From NCBI GenBank assembly GCA_025462865.1, contig JAOAPI010000058.1:50090-114089 (forward strand): a DNA stretch of 64,000 nucleotides, in the 5' to 3' direction. Within the stretch, counting starts at the first letter, position 1; the number at the start of each line of letters is the position of its first letter. Position numbers and translations under genes: made by a program. Below are positions 1 through 9,784 of this stretch, piece by piece. Under the pieces are notes generated by a model. That model was not told the DNA's origin. It saw nothing but the letters and a program-made list of their open reading frames with translations, and did not search any database. Origin of the DNA: Candidatus Sulfotelmatobacter sp. (GTDB taxonomy: Bacteria; Acidobacteriota; Terriglobia; Terriglobales; Acidobacteriaceae).

Positions 1-225
1 GTTCGAGCGCTTTCTTGCCGCCGATGAAATTGTTCGCTGAGTCTTAATTAGTAGTGACCGCGCATTCGGGGAGACCATCCGGTCGGTTGGGTTAACGCCT
101 TTTCAACACGCGATCGCAAGGCCTGGCGCGACTTTCAACACTCTCCTGTCGGACCCGCCTCCGGTAACTTCTCCCACTTCTTCCGCTATGTTTTAATCGA
201 ACTTGTTCGCAATGGCGGAGGAGCC

Positions 226-1368
226 TTGGATTTCCAACTGAACGACGAGCAGCAGCACTTGAAGAAAACCGTTCGCGAATTCGCGGAAAGGGAAATTCGT
301 CCGAACGTCATGAAGTGGGACGAGGCCTGCGAGTTCCCTCTGACCACCGTCAAAGAACTGGGGAAGCTTGGGTTATTGGGAACGGTTTTCCCCACCGAGT
401 ATGCCGGTGCGGGCATGGGCTACGTGGAATATGTCATCGCCATCGAAGAACTGGCCAGGGTGGACGGATCGGTGGGCATCATCGTTGCTGCGCATACGTC
501 GCTCTGCTCCAATCACATCTTTCTTGCGGGAAACGAGGCGCAGAAAAAAAAGTACATTAACAAACTGGCGACCGGCGAATTCATCGGAGCATGGGGACTG
601 ACCGAGCCCTCTTCCGGTTCGGACGCAAGCAGCGCGCGCATGACAGCGAAGCGCCGCGGAAGCAACTGGGTTCTAAACGGCACGAAAACTTTTTGCACGA
701 ATGGCCATTACGCGGATGCCATTGTCGTGATCGCTGTAACCGACCGCGCCGCCAATACACACGGACTTTCAGCCTTCATCGTCGAAAAAGACACGAAAGG
801 ATTTCGTCCCGGCAAAAAAGAAAACAAACTCGGACTGCGGGCGAGCGACACCGCCGAGATGATTTTCGAAGATTGCGTGATTCCGGCGGAAAATCTGTTG
901 GGCAAAGAAGGCGACGGCTTTATCGACGCGATGCGCGTGCTCGATGGCGGCCGGATTTCGATTGCAGCTCTGTCGCTGGGCATGGCGCAGGGTGCCTACG
1001 AAGCCGCCCTGAATTATTCCAAGGAGCGCCGTCAATTCGGCAAGGCAATTGGCGAATTTCAGGCGATCCAATGGAAGCTCGCCGACATGGCCACCGAGAT
1101 TGACGCTGCCCGCCTGCTCACAATGCGCGCGGCGTCGATGAAAGACGCTGGCATGAAGACAACGCTGGAGTCTTCGATGGCAAAACTCTACGCCAGCGAA
1201 GTCGCCGTGAAGTGCGCCAACGAAGGCGTGCAGATCCACGGTGGGTACGGGTTCATCAAAGATTATCCCGCAGAGAAGTATTATCGCGATGTGAAGCTGT
1301 GCACGATTGGCGAGGGGACCAGTGAGATCCAGCGGCTCGTGATTGCGAGGCAGTTGTTGAAAGAATAG
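226..1368 (+). CDS. acyl-CoA dehydrogenase (short/branched-chain type)
   Basis: 380-aa ORF with full-length ACAD-like sequence, including the C-terminal IHGGYGF..DYP.EKYYRD...IGEGTSEIQ region. TTG start preceded by GGAGGAG. Confidence 0.9.
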   Translation: MDFQLNDEQQHLKKTVREFAEREIRPNVMKWDEACEFPLTTVKELGKLGLLGTVFPTEYAGAGMGYVEYVIAIEELARVDGSVGIIVAAHTSLCSNHIFLAGNEAQKKKYINKLATGEFIGAWGLTEPSSGSDASSARMTAKRRGSNWVLNGTKTFCTNGHYADAIVVIAVTDRAANTHGLSAFIVEKDTKGFRPGKKENKLGLRASDTAEMIFEDCVIPAENLLGKEGDGFIDAMRVLDGGRISIAALSLGMAQGAYEAALNYSKERRQFGKAIGEFQAIQWKLADMATEIDAARLLTMRAASMKDAGMKTTLESSMAKLYASEVAVKCANEGVQIHGGYGFIKDYPAEKYYRDVKLCTIGEGTSEIQRLVIARQLLKE

Positions 1369-1398
1369 CCGTTCAGCTTCGATGCGGACTAGATCTAC

Positions 1399-1800
1399 TC
1401 ATTTGTCGTGGTTGTGAGATGTGGGCCGCCAGAATTCCGACCGACGGATCTGTTTAATCGCCCCACTCCACATTCCCATGTGTCCTCTGTCGCTCGAACT
1501 GAAAACGCCTTCGAGTAAAACATAGTTCATGTTTAGCGTCGTCTTCTCTTTGGCTATTGCGGGAGTTACGTCGACCCAGATACCGTCTCCCAAGATTGCG
1601 TTCTCGTAGTCTTCACGATGGAGGTAGAGAACGTCGCCTTCAAATTCAAGCCGTAAGAAACCGATCACCCGAATTAGTTTTCCGTCGAACCTTTCAGGGT
1701 TCGCAATCAGCTGAACGAGAGTGACATTCGTCAGCTGCTGGGCCTGAACGGGAATAACAAGCAAAGCTGCGACGGTGCAAATCAAAGCCACTAGTCTCAT
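1399..1800 (-). CDS. hypothetical secreted protein
   Basis: ORF 1399..1896. The internal ATG at 1800 gives MRLVALICTVAALLVIPVQAQQ, a signal-peptide-like N-terminus. No family recognised. Confidence 0.5.
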   Translation of the reverse strand: MRLVALICTVAALLVIPVQAQQLTNVTLVQLIANPERFDGKLIRVIGFLRLEFEGDVLYLHREDYENAILGDGIWVDVTPAIAKEKTTLNMNYVLLEGVFSSSDRGHMGMWSGAIKQIRRSEFWRPTSHNHDK

Positions 1801-1886
1801 AAGCCCCCCAATCGATATCAGGATAGCTCTTCCACCAGTCAAGGTCTCGGTTTCCCCTTCCCGGCCCGCTGCTTTACACTGATCGT

Positions 1887-2840
1887 TTGAACCCACCGCT
1901 ACAGACGTGGATTGAACAACTCCGCTCCGGCGACGTCCGCACGCTGGCTCGCGCCATCTCGACCGTCGAGAACCGCGCTCCGGGATGGTCTGAGCTGCTG
2001 AAGGCTCTGTTTCCGCATAGCGGGAAAGCGCGCGTGCTGGGTCTGACGGGGCCGCCCGGGGCGGGGAAGAGCACGCTGGTCGATCAGCTAGCTCGCTTCT
2101 ATCGCAAACAGAAGCACACCGTCGGCATCGTAGCAGTGGACCCGACTAGCCCATACACCGGCGGAGCGATTCTGGGTGACCGAATTCGCATGCAGGAACA
2201 TTTCTCCGATCCGGGGATTTATATTCGAAGTATGGCGACGCGCGGTTCGCTGGGCGGCCTGGCGCGCACTACCGCCGACGTGACGACAGTGCTGGACGCG
2301 TCGGGGCGCGATCTGATCATGATCGAAACTGTAGGCGTCGGCCAGGATGAAGTCGACATCGTGCGCCTGGCCGATATCACGATTCTGATCCTGGTGCCAG
2401 GCATGGGCGATGACGTGCAGACCATCAAGGCCGGCATCATGGAGATTGCGGACATCTTTGTCATCAACAAAAGCGATCGTGACGGCGCTGAGAATGTGGA
2501 GCGTGAAATCCGCTCGCTCCAGTCGCTGGCGATCCGAAACGACGGCTGGACGCCTCCGATCGTGAAGACCGTTGCCAGCCAAGGGTTGGGGATCGATAAG
2601 TTGGCCGGCGCAATCTCAGACTACGAATCGTATCTCCAGGAGAAAGATCTGGCGCTGACCAAGAGCGTGGAAAATTGGCAGGAGCGACTGGTAGAAATGC
2701 TGCGTGACGCGTTGCTCGACAAAGCGCGGGGACTGATGACCGATGGCGATATGGCCCGGTATGCTGCTGAAGTGGCCGAACATAAACGCGATCCCTACAG
2801 TCTGGTAGAGGAGATCGCCGCCAACCTGGGAAAAAGCTGA
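1887..2840 (+). CDS. meaB: methylmalonyl-CoA mutase-associated GTPase MeaB (ArgK family)
   Basis: P-loop GPPGAGKST, DPTSPYTGGAILGDRIRM and NKSD motifs. Lies next to the epimerase gene. Confidence 0.85.
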   Translation: MNPPLQTWIEQLRSGDVRTLARAISTVENRAPGWSELLKALFPHSGKARVLGLTGPPGAGKSTLVDQLARFYRKQKHTVGIVAVDPTSPYTGGAILGDRIRMQEHFSDPGIYIRSMATRGSLGGLARTTADVTTVLDASGRDLIMIETVGVGQDEVDIVRLADITILILVPGMGDDVQTIKAGIMEIADIFVINKSDRDGAENVEREIRSLQSLAIRNDGWTPPIVKTVASQGLGIDKLAGAISDYESYLQEKDLALTKSVENWQERLVEMLRDALLDKARGLMTDGDMARYAAEVAEHKRDPYSLVEEIAANLGKS

Positions 2841-3247
2841 TGGCACAAATTGATCATATCGGCATCGCGGTGAAATCACTGACGGCGGCGAAGTCGATTT
2901 ATGAAAAACTAGGTCTGGGCGTTTCTTCCGAAGAAACGGTGGAGCAGGAGCGAGTGCGGGTGGTAATGGTTCCGGTGGGTGAAAGCCGTCTAGAACTATT
3001 GGAGGCTACTTCGGAAGACTCGGCCATCGCGAAATTCATCGCCAAGCGCGGTGAAGGTTTGCATCACGTTTGCCTGAGGGTTCCAAATTTGACCGAGGCG
3101 GTCGCGCGGATGAAGAAAGACGGAGTCCGCCTGGTGTCGGAGCAGATCAAGGTTGGCGCGGGCGGGCACCGCTACGTTTTCGTGCATCCTTCGAGCGCAG
3201 GCGGCGTGTTGCTCGAACTGGTCGAGGCCCAGGAAACGCAGCCATGA
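2840..3247 (+). CDS. mce: methylmalonyl-CoA epimerase (VOC/glyoxalase fold)
   Basis: 135 aa with typical MAQIDHIGIAV...GEGLHHVCL...GVLLELVE pattern. The ATG overlaps the meaB stop. Confidence 0.85.
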   Translation: MAQIDHIGIAVKSLTAAKSIYEKLGLGVSSEETVEQERVRVVMVPVGESRLELLEATSEDSAIAKFIAKRGEGLHHVCLRVPNLTEAVARMKKDGVRLVSEQIKVGAGGHRYVFVHPSSAGGVLLELVEAQETQP

Positions 3248-3697
3248 AAGAGAGGAAGTTGAAAAAGAAATCCTCGAGATTGTGAATCGAGAAACTCGGG
3301 CTTGGGACACGAGGGATGTCAATCTGCTAATCACCATTTTTCATCCCGACATGGTTTGGCCGTGGCCCCGAGTGGCGACGCACATGATCCGGTAAAGTGG
3401 GTGATGGTTCTTGGGCGGTTTGACGCGGGGCGCTGGAAGAAAGTATGGAAGGATCTATTTGACACCCACACCCTCATTCACAATCAGCGCCAAACAAGAA
3501 AAGTTGAAGTTTCCGAACAAGGCGACGGCGCTTTTGCGGTTGTCGACGTGGGCACCCTGTGGCGCGACCGCGACGGAAAAGATTTCCATTGGCGAGGGCG
3601 CGCGTGCAAGGTCTATAGCCGCGTTCGAGCGGAGTGGAAAATGACCATGCACACTGGCCTTCTTGATTACGACTCGGGCATAGGTAAATCAGTGTGA
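3244..3697 (+). pseudogene. SnoaL/DUF4440-like protein, reading frame interrupted twice
   Basis: ATG 3244 overlaps the mce stop (ATGA). A continuous SnoaL-like sequence needs a frame change before TGA 3283-3285 and another near the C4 run at 3366-3369. The pieces are ORFs 3070..3285, 3153..3395 and 3302..3697. Confidence 0.55.
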
Positions 3698-3713
3698 TCG
3701 CGAACTGGCTCTA

Positions 3714-4418
3714 ATGCTTCTTCTCGCCATTGATACTTCCGGCACACAAGGCAGCATCGCGCTGGCGCGCTGCGGCGAAGGCCGCTCTGGTCGAGGCCGG
3801 GCTGTCGAAGGCAATGATTTTGAAGTCATCGAAACCTTGCTCCTCGTCGGCGGCACTTTCTCAGCGCAGCTCGTTCTGCAGATTTCCGAATTGCTCTCCC
3901 GGCACAGACTTAACAAGAATGACATCGGTGCTTTCGCTGTAGTTTCCGGTCCCGGATCGTTCACCGGATTGAGGATCGGCTTGGCGGCGGTCAAAGCTTT
4001 GGCTGAAATATTAAAGAAGCCGATAGCCGCCGTGTCGCTGCTCGAAGTGTGTGCTATCACCAGTGGCTTGGAAGGTAAGATTATGGCCGCGCTGGATGCG
4101 GGCCGAAGCGATGTATATGTGGGGCAATACGAAATCCCAGCGAAGGCTGGTTGCATTCCACGAGAACAGATGCTAAGCAGAAGTGAATTCTTTTTACAGG
4201 CACGAGGATGGCAAGTTGTAACCCCGGATCCCAGTCTTGCCGAGGCGGCTCATGCCGCAGGGCTGTCTGTTGCAACTCTTTCGCCGATTTCCGCTGCTGC
4301 GGTTGCCCGTTTCGGCTGGTGCAAGATTCGGTCCAATGAGACCGTCACGCCCGAACAGTTGGAGGCGAACTACATCCGGCGCTCCGACGCCGAGATGCTT
4401 GAGAAGATCGGATCCTAG
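3714..4418 (+). CDS. tsaB: tRNA t6A37 biosynthesis protein TsaB (YeaZ)
   Basis: N-terminal MLLLAIDTSG..GSIAL and GPGSFTGLRIG motifs. Followed by rimI, as in many bacteria. Confidence 0.85.
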   Translation: MLLLAIDTSGTQGSIALARCGEGRSGRGRAVEGNDFEVIETLLLVGGTFSAQLVLQISELLSRHRLNKNDIGAFAVVSGPGSFTGLRIGLAAVKALAEILKKPIAAVSLLEVCAITSGLEGKIMAALDAGRSDVYVGQYEIPAKAGCIPREQMLSRSEFFLQARGWQVVTPDPSLAEAAHAAGLSVATLSPISAAAVARFGWCKIRSNETVTPEQLEANYIRRSDAEMLEKIGS

Positions 4419-4419
4419 C

Positions 4420-4881
4420 TTGCGAGTGCGACGGGCCAACAGCGCCGATATCCCCGCAATGATGGATTTGGAGCGTCAGAATCCAGCCGCCGCGCACTGG
4501 ACTCAAGAGCAATACGAATCTGCAACAAGCGGTGAAGCGCACGCCCGACGCTTTGCCTGGGTCGTTGAAAATGAATCCGGCGAAGCTTCTAAAGTCGTAG
4601 CATTCCTCGTTGCGCACGAAGTGGACGCGGAATGGGAGTTGGAGAACATGGCAGTCGCCATGTCAGTTCGACTTCGTGGTATCGGCACTCTTCTGTTGGG
4701 AAAACTGATTGAAATTGCCCGCGCTCAGAACGGCGATTGCATATTTCTGGAAGTGCGGGCGTCAAATAAAAGTGCGCGTGCTTTGTACCAAAAAGTTGGT
4801 TTCAAAGAAACGGGTTTACGAAAAAGTTACTACGCCAATCCTGCGGAAAATGCGATTTTGTATCGCCTGACGCTTCATTAG
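4420..4881 (+). CDS. rimI: ribosomal-protein-alanine N-acetyltransferase (GNAT)
   Basis: GNAT core (RLRGIGTLLL...ARALYQKVGF). TTG at 4420, just after the tsaB stop, gives LRVRRANSADIPAMMDLE. The longer ORF from 4237 overlaps tsaB. Confidence 0.8.
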   Translation: MRVRRANSADIPAMMDLERQNPAAAHWTQEQYESATSGEAHARRFAWVVENESGEASKVVAFLVAHEVDAEWELENMAVAMSVRLRGIGTLLLGKLIEIARAQNGDCIFLEVRASNKSARALYQKVGFKETGLRKSYYANPAENAILYRLTLH

Positions 4882-4990
4882 AATTCTCAGAACGAGACTC
4901 ATAGGAAATTTGCACCAGAAATTTGGCATTGAACCGCTTTTGGGGCTGTGATAGTTTGAGCCTATAAATCCCCGGTTGGAGGTCTGCTGG

Positions 4991-5221
4991 ATGCTGACTC
5001 CGAATGACACTCTCCTGACCAATCACGACGAATTCCGCAAGCTGGCTCAGGAGCACCTGCAGTATTCCACTCGTCTAGATTCTCTCACTCAAAAACGTTA
5101 CCTCAGCGAAGACGAAAAGCTAGAGGAAGTGCGGCTTAAGAAGCTGAAGCTGCGGCTGAAAGACCAGATGCAATCTATCGAGCGGCAGTATCGGCAGCAG
5201 TACGGAACTCACGTAGCGTAA
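4991..5221 (+). CDS. DUF465 (YdcH-like) small coiled-coil protein
   Basis: HDEFRKLAQEH...LKKLKLRLKDQM pattern. ATG 4991 sits 8 nt after GGAGG. Confidence 0.7.
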   Translation: MLTPNDTLLTNHDEFRKLAQEHLQYSTRLDSLTQKRYLSEDEKLEEVRLKKLKLRLKDQMQSIERQYRQQYGTHVA

Positions 5222-5278
5222 TCTGTTGGCCATTTGAAGGCGGCTATCGCCGCTGGGGCGATCTTGTATCCATTTTCG

Positions 5279-5305
5279 GGCGCTGACTAGCGCCTTTCTT
5301 TATTT
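5279..5305 (+). terminator. putative intrinsic terminator after the DUF465 gene
   Basis: GGCGC-TGACTA-GCGCC stem-loop followed by TTTCTTTATTT. Confidence 0.5.
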
Positions 5306-5377
5306 GCACTTACACCCCGCCTTGCACCGGGTGAGCCGGTATCGCTCAAACTCTTCTATAATTGGGATATTGATCCC

Positions 5378-6043
5378 ATGGTTCGTGACGGCTATTTTTA
5401 CGCGCTGGCTTTCATCACCGCTGCGGTCCTGATCGGCTGGTTTGCCCGGCCAGTATGGGCGGTCGTCCCGCTCGCGCTGGCGCTTTTTTTTCTGTGGTTC
5501 TTTCGCGACCCGGAGCGCGTTATTCCGGATGATCCGGGTGCGATTGTGTCGCCCGGGGATGGCAAGATCACAGCTGCTTCCATCGTCGACGTGAATGGCG
5601 ATAAACAGACCCGCATCAGCATCTTCCTGAATGTCTTTGACGTTCATGTGAACCGTTCTCCGATTGCGGGCGTTGTCCGAGAGATTCGGTACAAGCGTGG
5701 GCAATATCTAAACGCCATGAATGAGGCGTGCGCGGAGTTGAACGAGCAGAACATTGTACGCGTGGAAGGCGAGGGCCAGGTTGTGGTCTTCAAGCAGATC
5801 GCTGGATTGCTGGCTCGGAGAATCGTGTTTTATCCGAAAGTCGGGGATCGTCTGGAGCGAGGCCAGCGGGTTGGTTTGATCAAGTTCGGCTCGCGTGTGG
5901 ATGTTCTGTTCGACCCCGCCGCCGTGCTGCAAGTGAAGGTCGGCGATCGGGTGCGCGGCGGAGAGAGCGTCCTTGCCTTCCTGCAGCCTAAGGGCGAGCT
6001 GGCAAGCGCCGGACGTTATTCTGCAACGGAAGGGACGCGCTGA
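5378..6043 (+). CDS. psd: phosphatidylserine decarboxylase proenzyme (short type)
   Basis: 221 aa with N-terminal TM segments and an FGSRVD self-cleavage (G-S) motif near the C-terminus. Followed by pssA. Confidence 0.9.
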   Translation: MVRDGYFYALAFITAAVLIGWFARPVWAVVPLALALFFLWFFRDPERVIPDDPGAIVSPGDGKITAASIVDVNGDKQTRISIFLNVFDVHVNRSPIAGVVREIRYKRGQYLNAMNEACAELNEQNIVRVEGEGQVVVFKQIAGLLARRIVFYPKVGDRLERGQRVGLIKFGSRVDVLFDPAAVLQVKVGDRVRGGESVLAFLQPKGELASAGRYSATEGTR

Positions 6044-6927
6044 TGGACCTTCCGACCCAACCGACCCTGCCGACCCAAAAGATGCCGGAGCGTCGGCGAC
6101 GCCGCATGAGCAAAGGGATGTATATTCTTCCCTCACTGTTCACTACAGGGAATATGGCTGCTGGCTTCTACGCCATCCTGGAGGTTGTCCATGCGAGTGC
6201 TCTAGCTACCTGGCACCTGGACAACGCCGCAAAGGCGATTGGGTTCGCTGTTTTGTTCGATGGACTCGATGGCCGCGTCGCGCGCATGACCGGGACCAGC
6301 AGCGATTTTGGCAAGGAGCTTGATTCGCTGGCGGATGTGATCACTTTCGGTGTGGCTCCGGCGATGCTGGCGTGGACTTGGGGGTTTCACTTGATGCCTC
6401 CGGTGGCGCTCACCGAGTGGAACATCAAACTTACGCAGTTAGGAGCGATCGCAAGCTTTTTGTTTCTGATGGCAGGAGCGAGTCGTCTGGCGCGGTTCAA
6501 CATCACCTCGAACCCGCAGCCCTCCAATCCGGGTCGCCCGGGGAAGAAATACTTTGTGGGGATGCCGATTCCTGCGGGGGCGGGTGTGATTGCTGCAGTA
6601 GTCCATTTTCAATCGGGAGCTCCTCTTGAATCCTGGTACACGGCAATGACCTGGCTGGCGATGGTCGCCGCGGTCGGCTACCTCATGGTGAGTACATGGC
6701 GCTTTTACAGTTTTAAAGACATTGATTTCAGCTCGCGCCATCCGTTCCGCTTAATCATTCTGCTCGCCGCTCTATTCGCTGGCGTCTGGTTCTTCTCCAA
6801 GCCTGTGCTTTTCGGGGTAGCGTTGCTGTATACGTTTTCGGGAGTGTTCTGGCGTTTGCAATGGATGCTTCGTCGCCGCAACCAGCCTCCACCATCCACT
6901 TACAAGGAGGCTCCGCAGACTTCATGA
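6043..6927 (+). CDS. pssA: CDP-diacylglycerol--serine O-phosphatidyltransferase
   Basis: CDP-alcohol phosphatidyltransferase motif DGLDGRVARMTGTSSDFGKELDSLADV. Multi-TM. The ATG overlaps the psd stop; the true start may be an internal Met. Confidence 0.9.
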   Translation: MDLPTQPTLPTQKMPERRRRRMSKGMYILPSLFTTGNMAAGFYAILEVVHASALATWHLDNAAKAIGFAVLFDGLDGRVARMTGTSSDFGKELDSLADVITFGVAPAMLAWTWGFHLMPPVALTEWNIKLTQLGAIASFLFLMAGASRLARFNITSNPQPSNPGRPGKKYFVGMPIPAGAGVIAAVVHFQSGAPLESWYTAMTWLAMVAAVGYLMVSTWRFYSFKDIDFSSRHPFRLIILLAALFAGVWFFSKPVLFGVALLYTFSGVFWRLQWMLRRRNQPPPSTYKEAPQTS

Positions 6928-8006
6928 GTGCGCCGCCAAAAATCGGGGTATCGTCGGCATCCGCTTCTGCACGCGGGCAGCTTTATCGTGCGGCCATTGT
7001 TGGCGCGGGCACGCTCAAAGGGAAAGAAGTGGCTGAAATGCTCAGCGAGCGGAACTTTCCCGCGGTGGATATTCGTCTGCTTGACGATGACGAATCCATC
7101 GGCCAGCTCGAAGCGACTGGTGACGAAATCAACTTCATTCAGAGCGTTCGCTCTGAGCAATTTACGCACGTGGATTTCACTTTCTTTGCGGCAGACGCGG
7201 AGTGCACGCGCAACAACTGGAAACGCGCCCGCGATGCCGGCAGCGCGATCATCGATCTTTCAGGCGCTTTGGAAAAAGAAGCTGGCGCTCAGGTGCGCTC
7301 TCTCTGGATCGAGCGCGAGCGCGGAAAGATGTGGCAGCCCGAATTGCAGCCGGCTCCATGCGTGGTTGCCCATCCTGCGGCGGTTGCTGTAGCTCTGCTA
7401 TTGCTGCGGGCACGAAAGGCTGGCACGACCCGAAGCGCGGCTGTCACTGTCTTCGAGCCGGCATCTGAGCAGGGACAAAAAGGCATGGACGAATTACATC
7501 AGCAAACCGTTAATCTTTTGTCGTTCCAGACCCTGCCGAAGGATTTATTCGACACTCAGGTGGCCTTCAACATGGTTCAGCGCTACGGACAGAAATCACG
7601 CTTGTCGCTGGATTCACTGGAAGCGCGCGTGCGAAGCCATTACCGGGAGCTGGCAGGGGCGGATGCGGCACAGCCCGCGTTCCTGGTAGTTCAACCTCCA
7701 GTTTTTCATGGGCACGCTCTGGGAATTTTTCTGGAAATGGACCAGCCTGTCAATGAAGAGAAATTGTTGCAGGCTCTCGGCGGGGATCACGTGTCGCTCG
7801 CGGTTGGGGACGAAGACGATTCGCAGCCGAGCAATGTGAATACCGCCGGTCAGGCTAACATTCTGGTCGCGCTCAAGAGTGAACCGGCGCGGCCCAATGG
7901 AATCTGGCTCTGGGCCGCAATCGACAATCTGCGGGTGGCTGCGGTCACCGCCGTGGAATGCGCCGAGAGCATGATTGCAACACGCCCAGTAGGAAAGATC
8001 CAATGA
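6924..8006 (+). CDS. aspartate-semialdehyde dehydrogenase family protein (Asd/USG-1-like)
   Basis: N-terminal NAD-binding AIVGAGTLKGKEV and a C-terminal PVFHGH motif. ATG 6924 overlaps the pssA stop (ATGA). The ORF-track start at 6861 lies inside pssA. Confidence 0.7.
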   Translation: MSAPPKIGVSSASASARGQLYRAAIVGAGTLKGKEVAEMLSERNFPAVDIRLLDDDESIGQLEATGDEINFIQSVRSEQFTHVDFTFFAADAECTRNNWKRARDAGSAIIDLSGALEKEAGAQVRSLWIERERGKMWQPELQPAPCVVAHPAAVAVALLLLRARKAGTTRSAAVTVFEPASEQGQKGMDELHQQTVNLLSFQTLPKDLFDTQVAFNMVQRYGQKSRLSLDSLEARVRSHYRELAGADAAQPAFLVVQPPVFHGHALGIFLEMDQPVNEEKLLQALGGDHVSLAVGDEDDSQPSNVNTAGQANILVALKSEPARPNGIWLWAAIDNLRVAAVTAVECAESMIATRPVGKIQ

Positions 8007-8521
8007 AGTCGTGGCGCGTGGCTTGGCTGGCGCTGCTGATTTCGTGCGCAGGTTGCGGATATCACACAGCCGGCCACGCCGCTCAACTTCCGGAAAATGT
8101 GAAGACGATTGCCGTCCCGGCTTTCGTAAACGAGACCAGCACATACCGTATCGAGCAGCTGCTGACGTCGTCGGTGGTGCGCGAGTTTACGACGCGCACG
8201 CACTATCACATTCTCAACGATCCCAGCGAAGCCGCCGATGCGACGCTGCGCGGCACAGTGATTTCCACATCCTCGTCTCCGCTCACCTACAACTCCACGA
8301 CGGGACAGGCCGCCAGCGTTCTTGTGGTCGTGAGTATGAAGGTCGTGCTTACCGACCGCCAGGGCAAAGTGCTCTACCAGAACCCATCGTATTTATTTCG
8401 TGAGCAGTACGAAGTCTCACAAGATCTGGCCAGCTTTTTCGAGGAAGACTCGCCTGCTTTCCGGCGGCTCTCGCAGGATTTTGCCCGAACCCTGGTCTCT
8501 AACATTCTGGAGGGCTTCTAG
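8003..8521 (+). CDS. lptE: LptE-like LPS-assembly lipoprotein
   Basis: MKSWRVAWLALLISC lipobox. Size and position immediately upstream of holA match the conserved lptE-holA pairing. ATGA overlap with the preceding gene. Confidence 0.55.
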   Translation: MKSWRVAWLALLISCAGCGYHTAGHAAQLPENVKTIAVPAFVNETSTYRIEQLLTSSVVREFTTRTHYHILNDPSEAADATLRGTVISTSSSPLTYNSTTGQAASVLVVVSMKVVLTDRQGKVLYQNPSYLFREQYEVSQDLASFFEEDSPAFRRLSQDFARTLVSNILEGF

Positions 8522-8582
8522 ATGCTAGAGTCTGAAGGGTCGTGGGTCGCTCGTCATTAGCCAACGACAAACGACTAACGAC
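8519..8582. repeat. heptad stop array plus (GTCGNNN)3/(NNNCGAC)3 inverted repeat
   Basis: TAG(8519) TAG(8526) TGA(8533) spaced exactly 7 nt apart. They are followed by GTCGTGG GTCGCTC GTCATTA and AACGACA AACGACT AACGACT. Confidence 0.7.
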
Positions 8583-8617
8583 TGAGTTTCAGTTTGTAAT
8601 TCAGAGGAAAAGTTCTA

Positions 8618-9748
8618 ATGCGGGCTTTTGCCCAAGCCGAGCGGTTTGTCAGCGAACTCGAATCGCGAAAGTTTCGTGCAGCCTATGTTTTCGTGGGCGA
8701 CGAAGCTTTTTTCCGCAAGCGTTTTCGGGACGCGATCCTGGAGCATCTGGTTCCGGTTGATCTGCGCGACTTCAGTATATTTGAATTCGATCTTGCGGAA
8801 AACGATCTCGCCGAAGTTCTGGACCGCGCCCGAACCCCTTCTTTGATGGCTCCGTTCCAGGTATTTTTTGTGCGTGGGGTGAAAAATCTTTTCGGACGCG
8901 GATCGAACGAGGACAAGCTGGCAGCGATCGAAGAGTATTGCAAGAATCCGAATCCGGACGCGCTCATCGTATTCGTCGCCGACCACATCAGCATCCCCGC
9001 CGATGTTCGCCGCATGGAGATGCAGGACAAAGAGCGTTACCAGCGCATCCGGGAAACCATGGGCCAGTACTGTGGCATCGTTGAACTGGCCCGCGTGGAA
9101 GAAGGCGAAGCTGTGCGCTGGATTGCGGAATATTGCGCCAGCCGCGAGGCGCCGGTGAAGATTGACGCCGATGGCGCCCGCGAACTAGTCGACGCTCTCG
9201 GCGGCGACATGATGATGATCTCCAACGAACTGGAAAAGCTCATGCTCTACGTTGGAGCGAAGAATCACATAACGCTCGGCGATGTGGAGACCATGGTGCT
9301 TGCCGCCAAGCAGCGCTCGCTTTATGAGCTGACGGACGCGATCTCTTCCAAAGAGCGGGTGCGCGCGCTGGAAATTCTGGATGCGATTTTGTCTTCGGGC
9401 GACGGCGAAGAGGCTGCCATCGGACACATCTACATGCTGGCTAAAACATTTCGCCAGATGCTGGTGATTCTCGAACGTAATGTCCGCGACCAACGCATGC
9501 TCTGGGCAGCGCTGTGGCAGGGTTTCCGCGTGCCTCCGTTTGCAGCCGACGACATTATCAAGCAGGCCCGCCGCTACAAATCGCGGCGCGATCTAACGCG
9601 GGCGATTCGCCTGGTGGCCAAAGCTGATCTCGCTCTACGATCCAATCCTGTGAGCAAGCGTATGGTGCTGGAACGTCTGGTGATGGATTTGACGAGCGAG
9701 CCCAAGGTGGAAACGCCGGGATGGATGCAGGATCAGTTGCCGGTGTGA
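8618..9748 (+). CDS. holA: DNA polymerase III subunit delta
   Basis: 376 aa with delta-subunit-like N-terminus (YVFVGDEAFF...). Position after lptE. Confidence 0.8.
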   Translation: MRAFAQAERFVSELESRKFRAAYVFVGDEAFFRKRFRDAILEHLVPVDLRDFSIFEFDLAENDLAEVLDRARTPSLMAPFQVFFVRGVKNLFGRGSNEDKLAAIEEYCKNPNPDALIVFVADHISIPADVRRMEMQDKERYQRIRETMGQYCGIVELARVEEGEAVRWIAEYCASREAPVKIDADGARELVDALGGDMMMISNELEKLMLYVGAKNHITLGDVETMVLAAKQRSLYELTDAISSKERVRALEILDAILSSGDGEEAAIGHIYMLAKTFRQMLVILERNVRDQRMLWAALWQGFRVPPFAADDIIKQARRYKSRRDLTRAIRLVAKADLALRSNPVSKRMVLERLVMDLTSEPKVETPGWMQDQLPV

Positions 9749-9784
9749 AGGTGTCAGAATACAGGGGCGGCTTTAGCCTAACCC

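Noticed and set aside
2-40. Possible 3' end of an upstream gene (...FERFLAADEIVR*)
   Set aside because: Only 13 codons are visible at the window edge. That is too short to support a call.
4237-4419. Long N-terminal extension of the rimI ORF
   Set aside because: It overlaps tsaB in another frame. GNAT homology begins only after TTG 4420.
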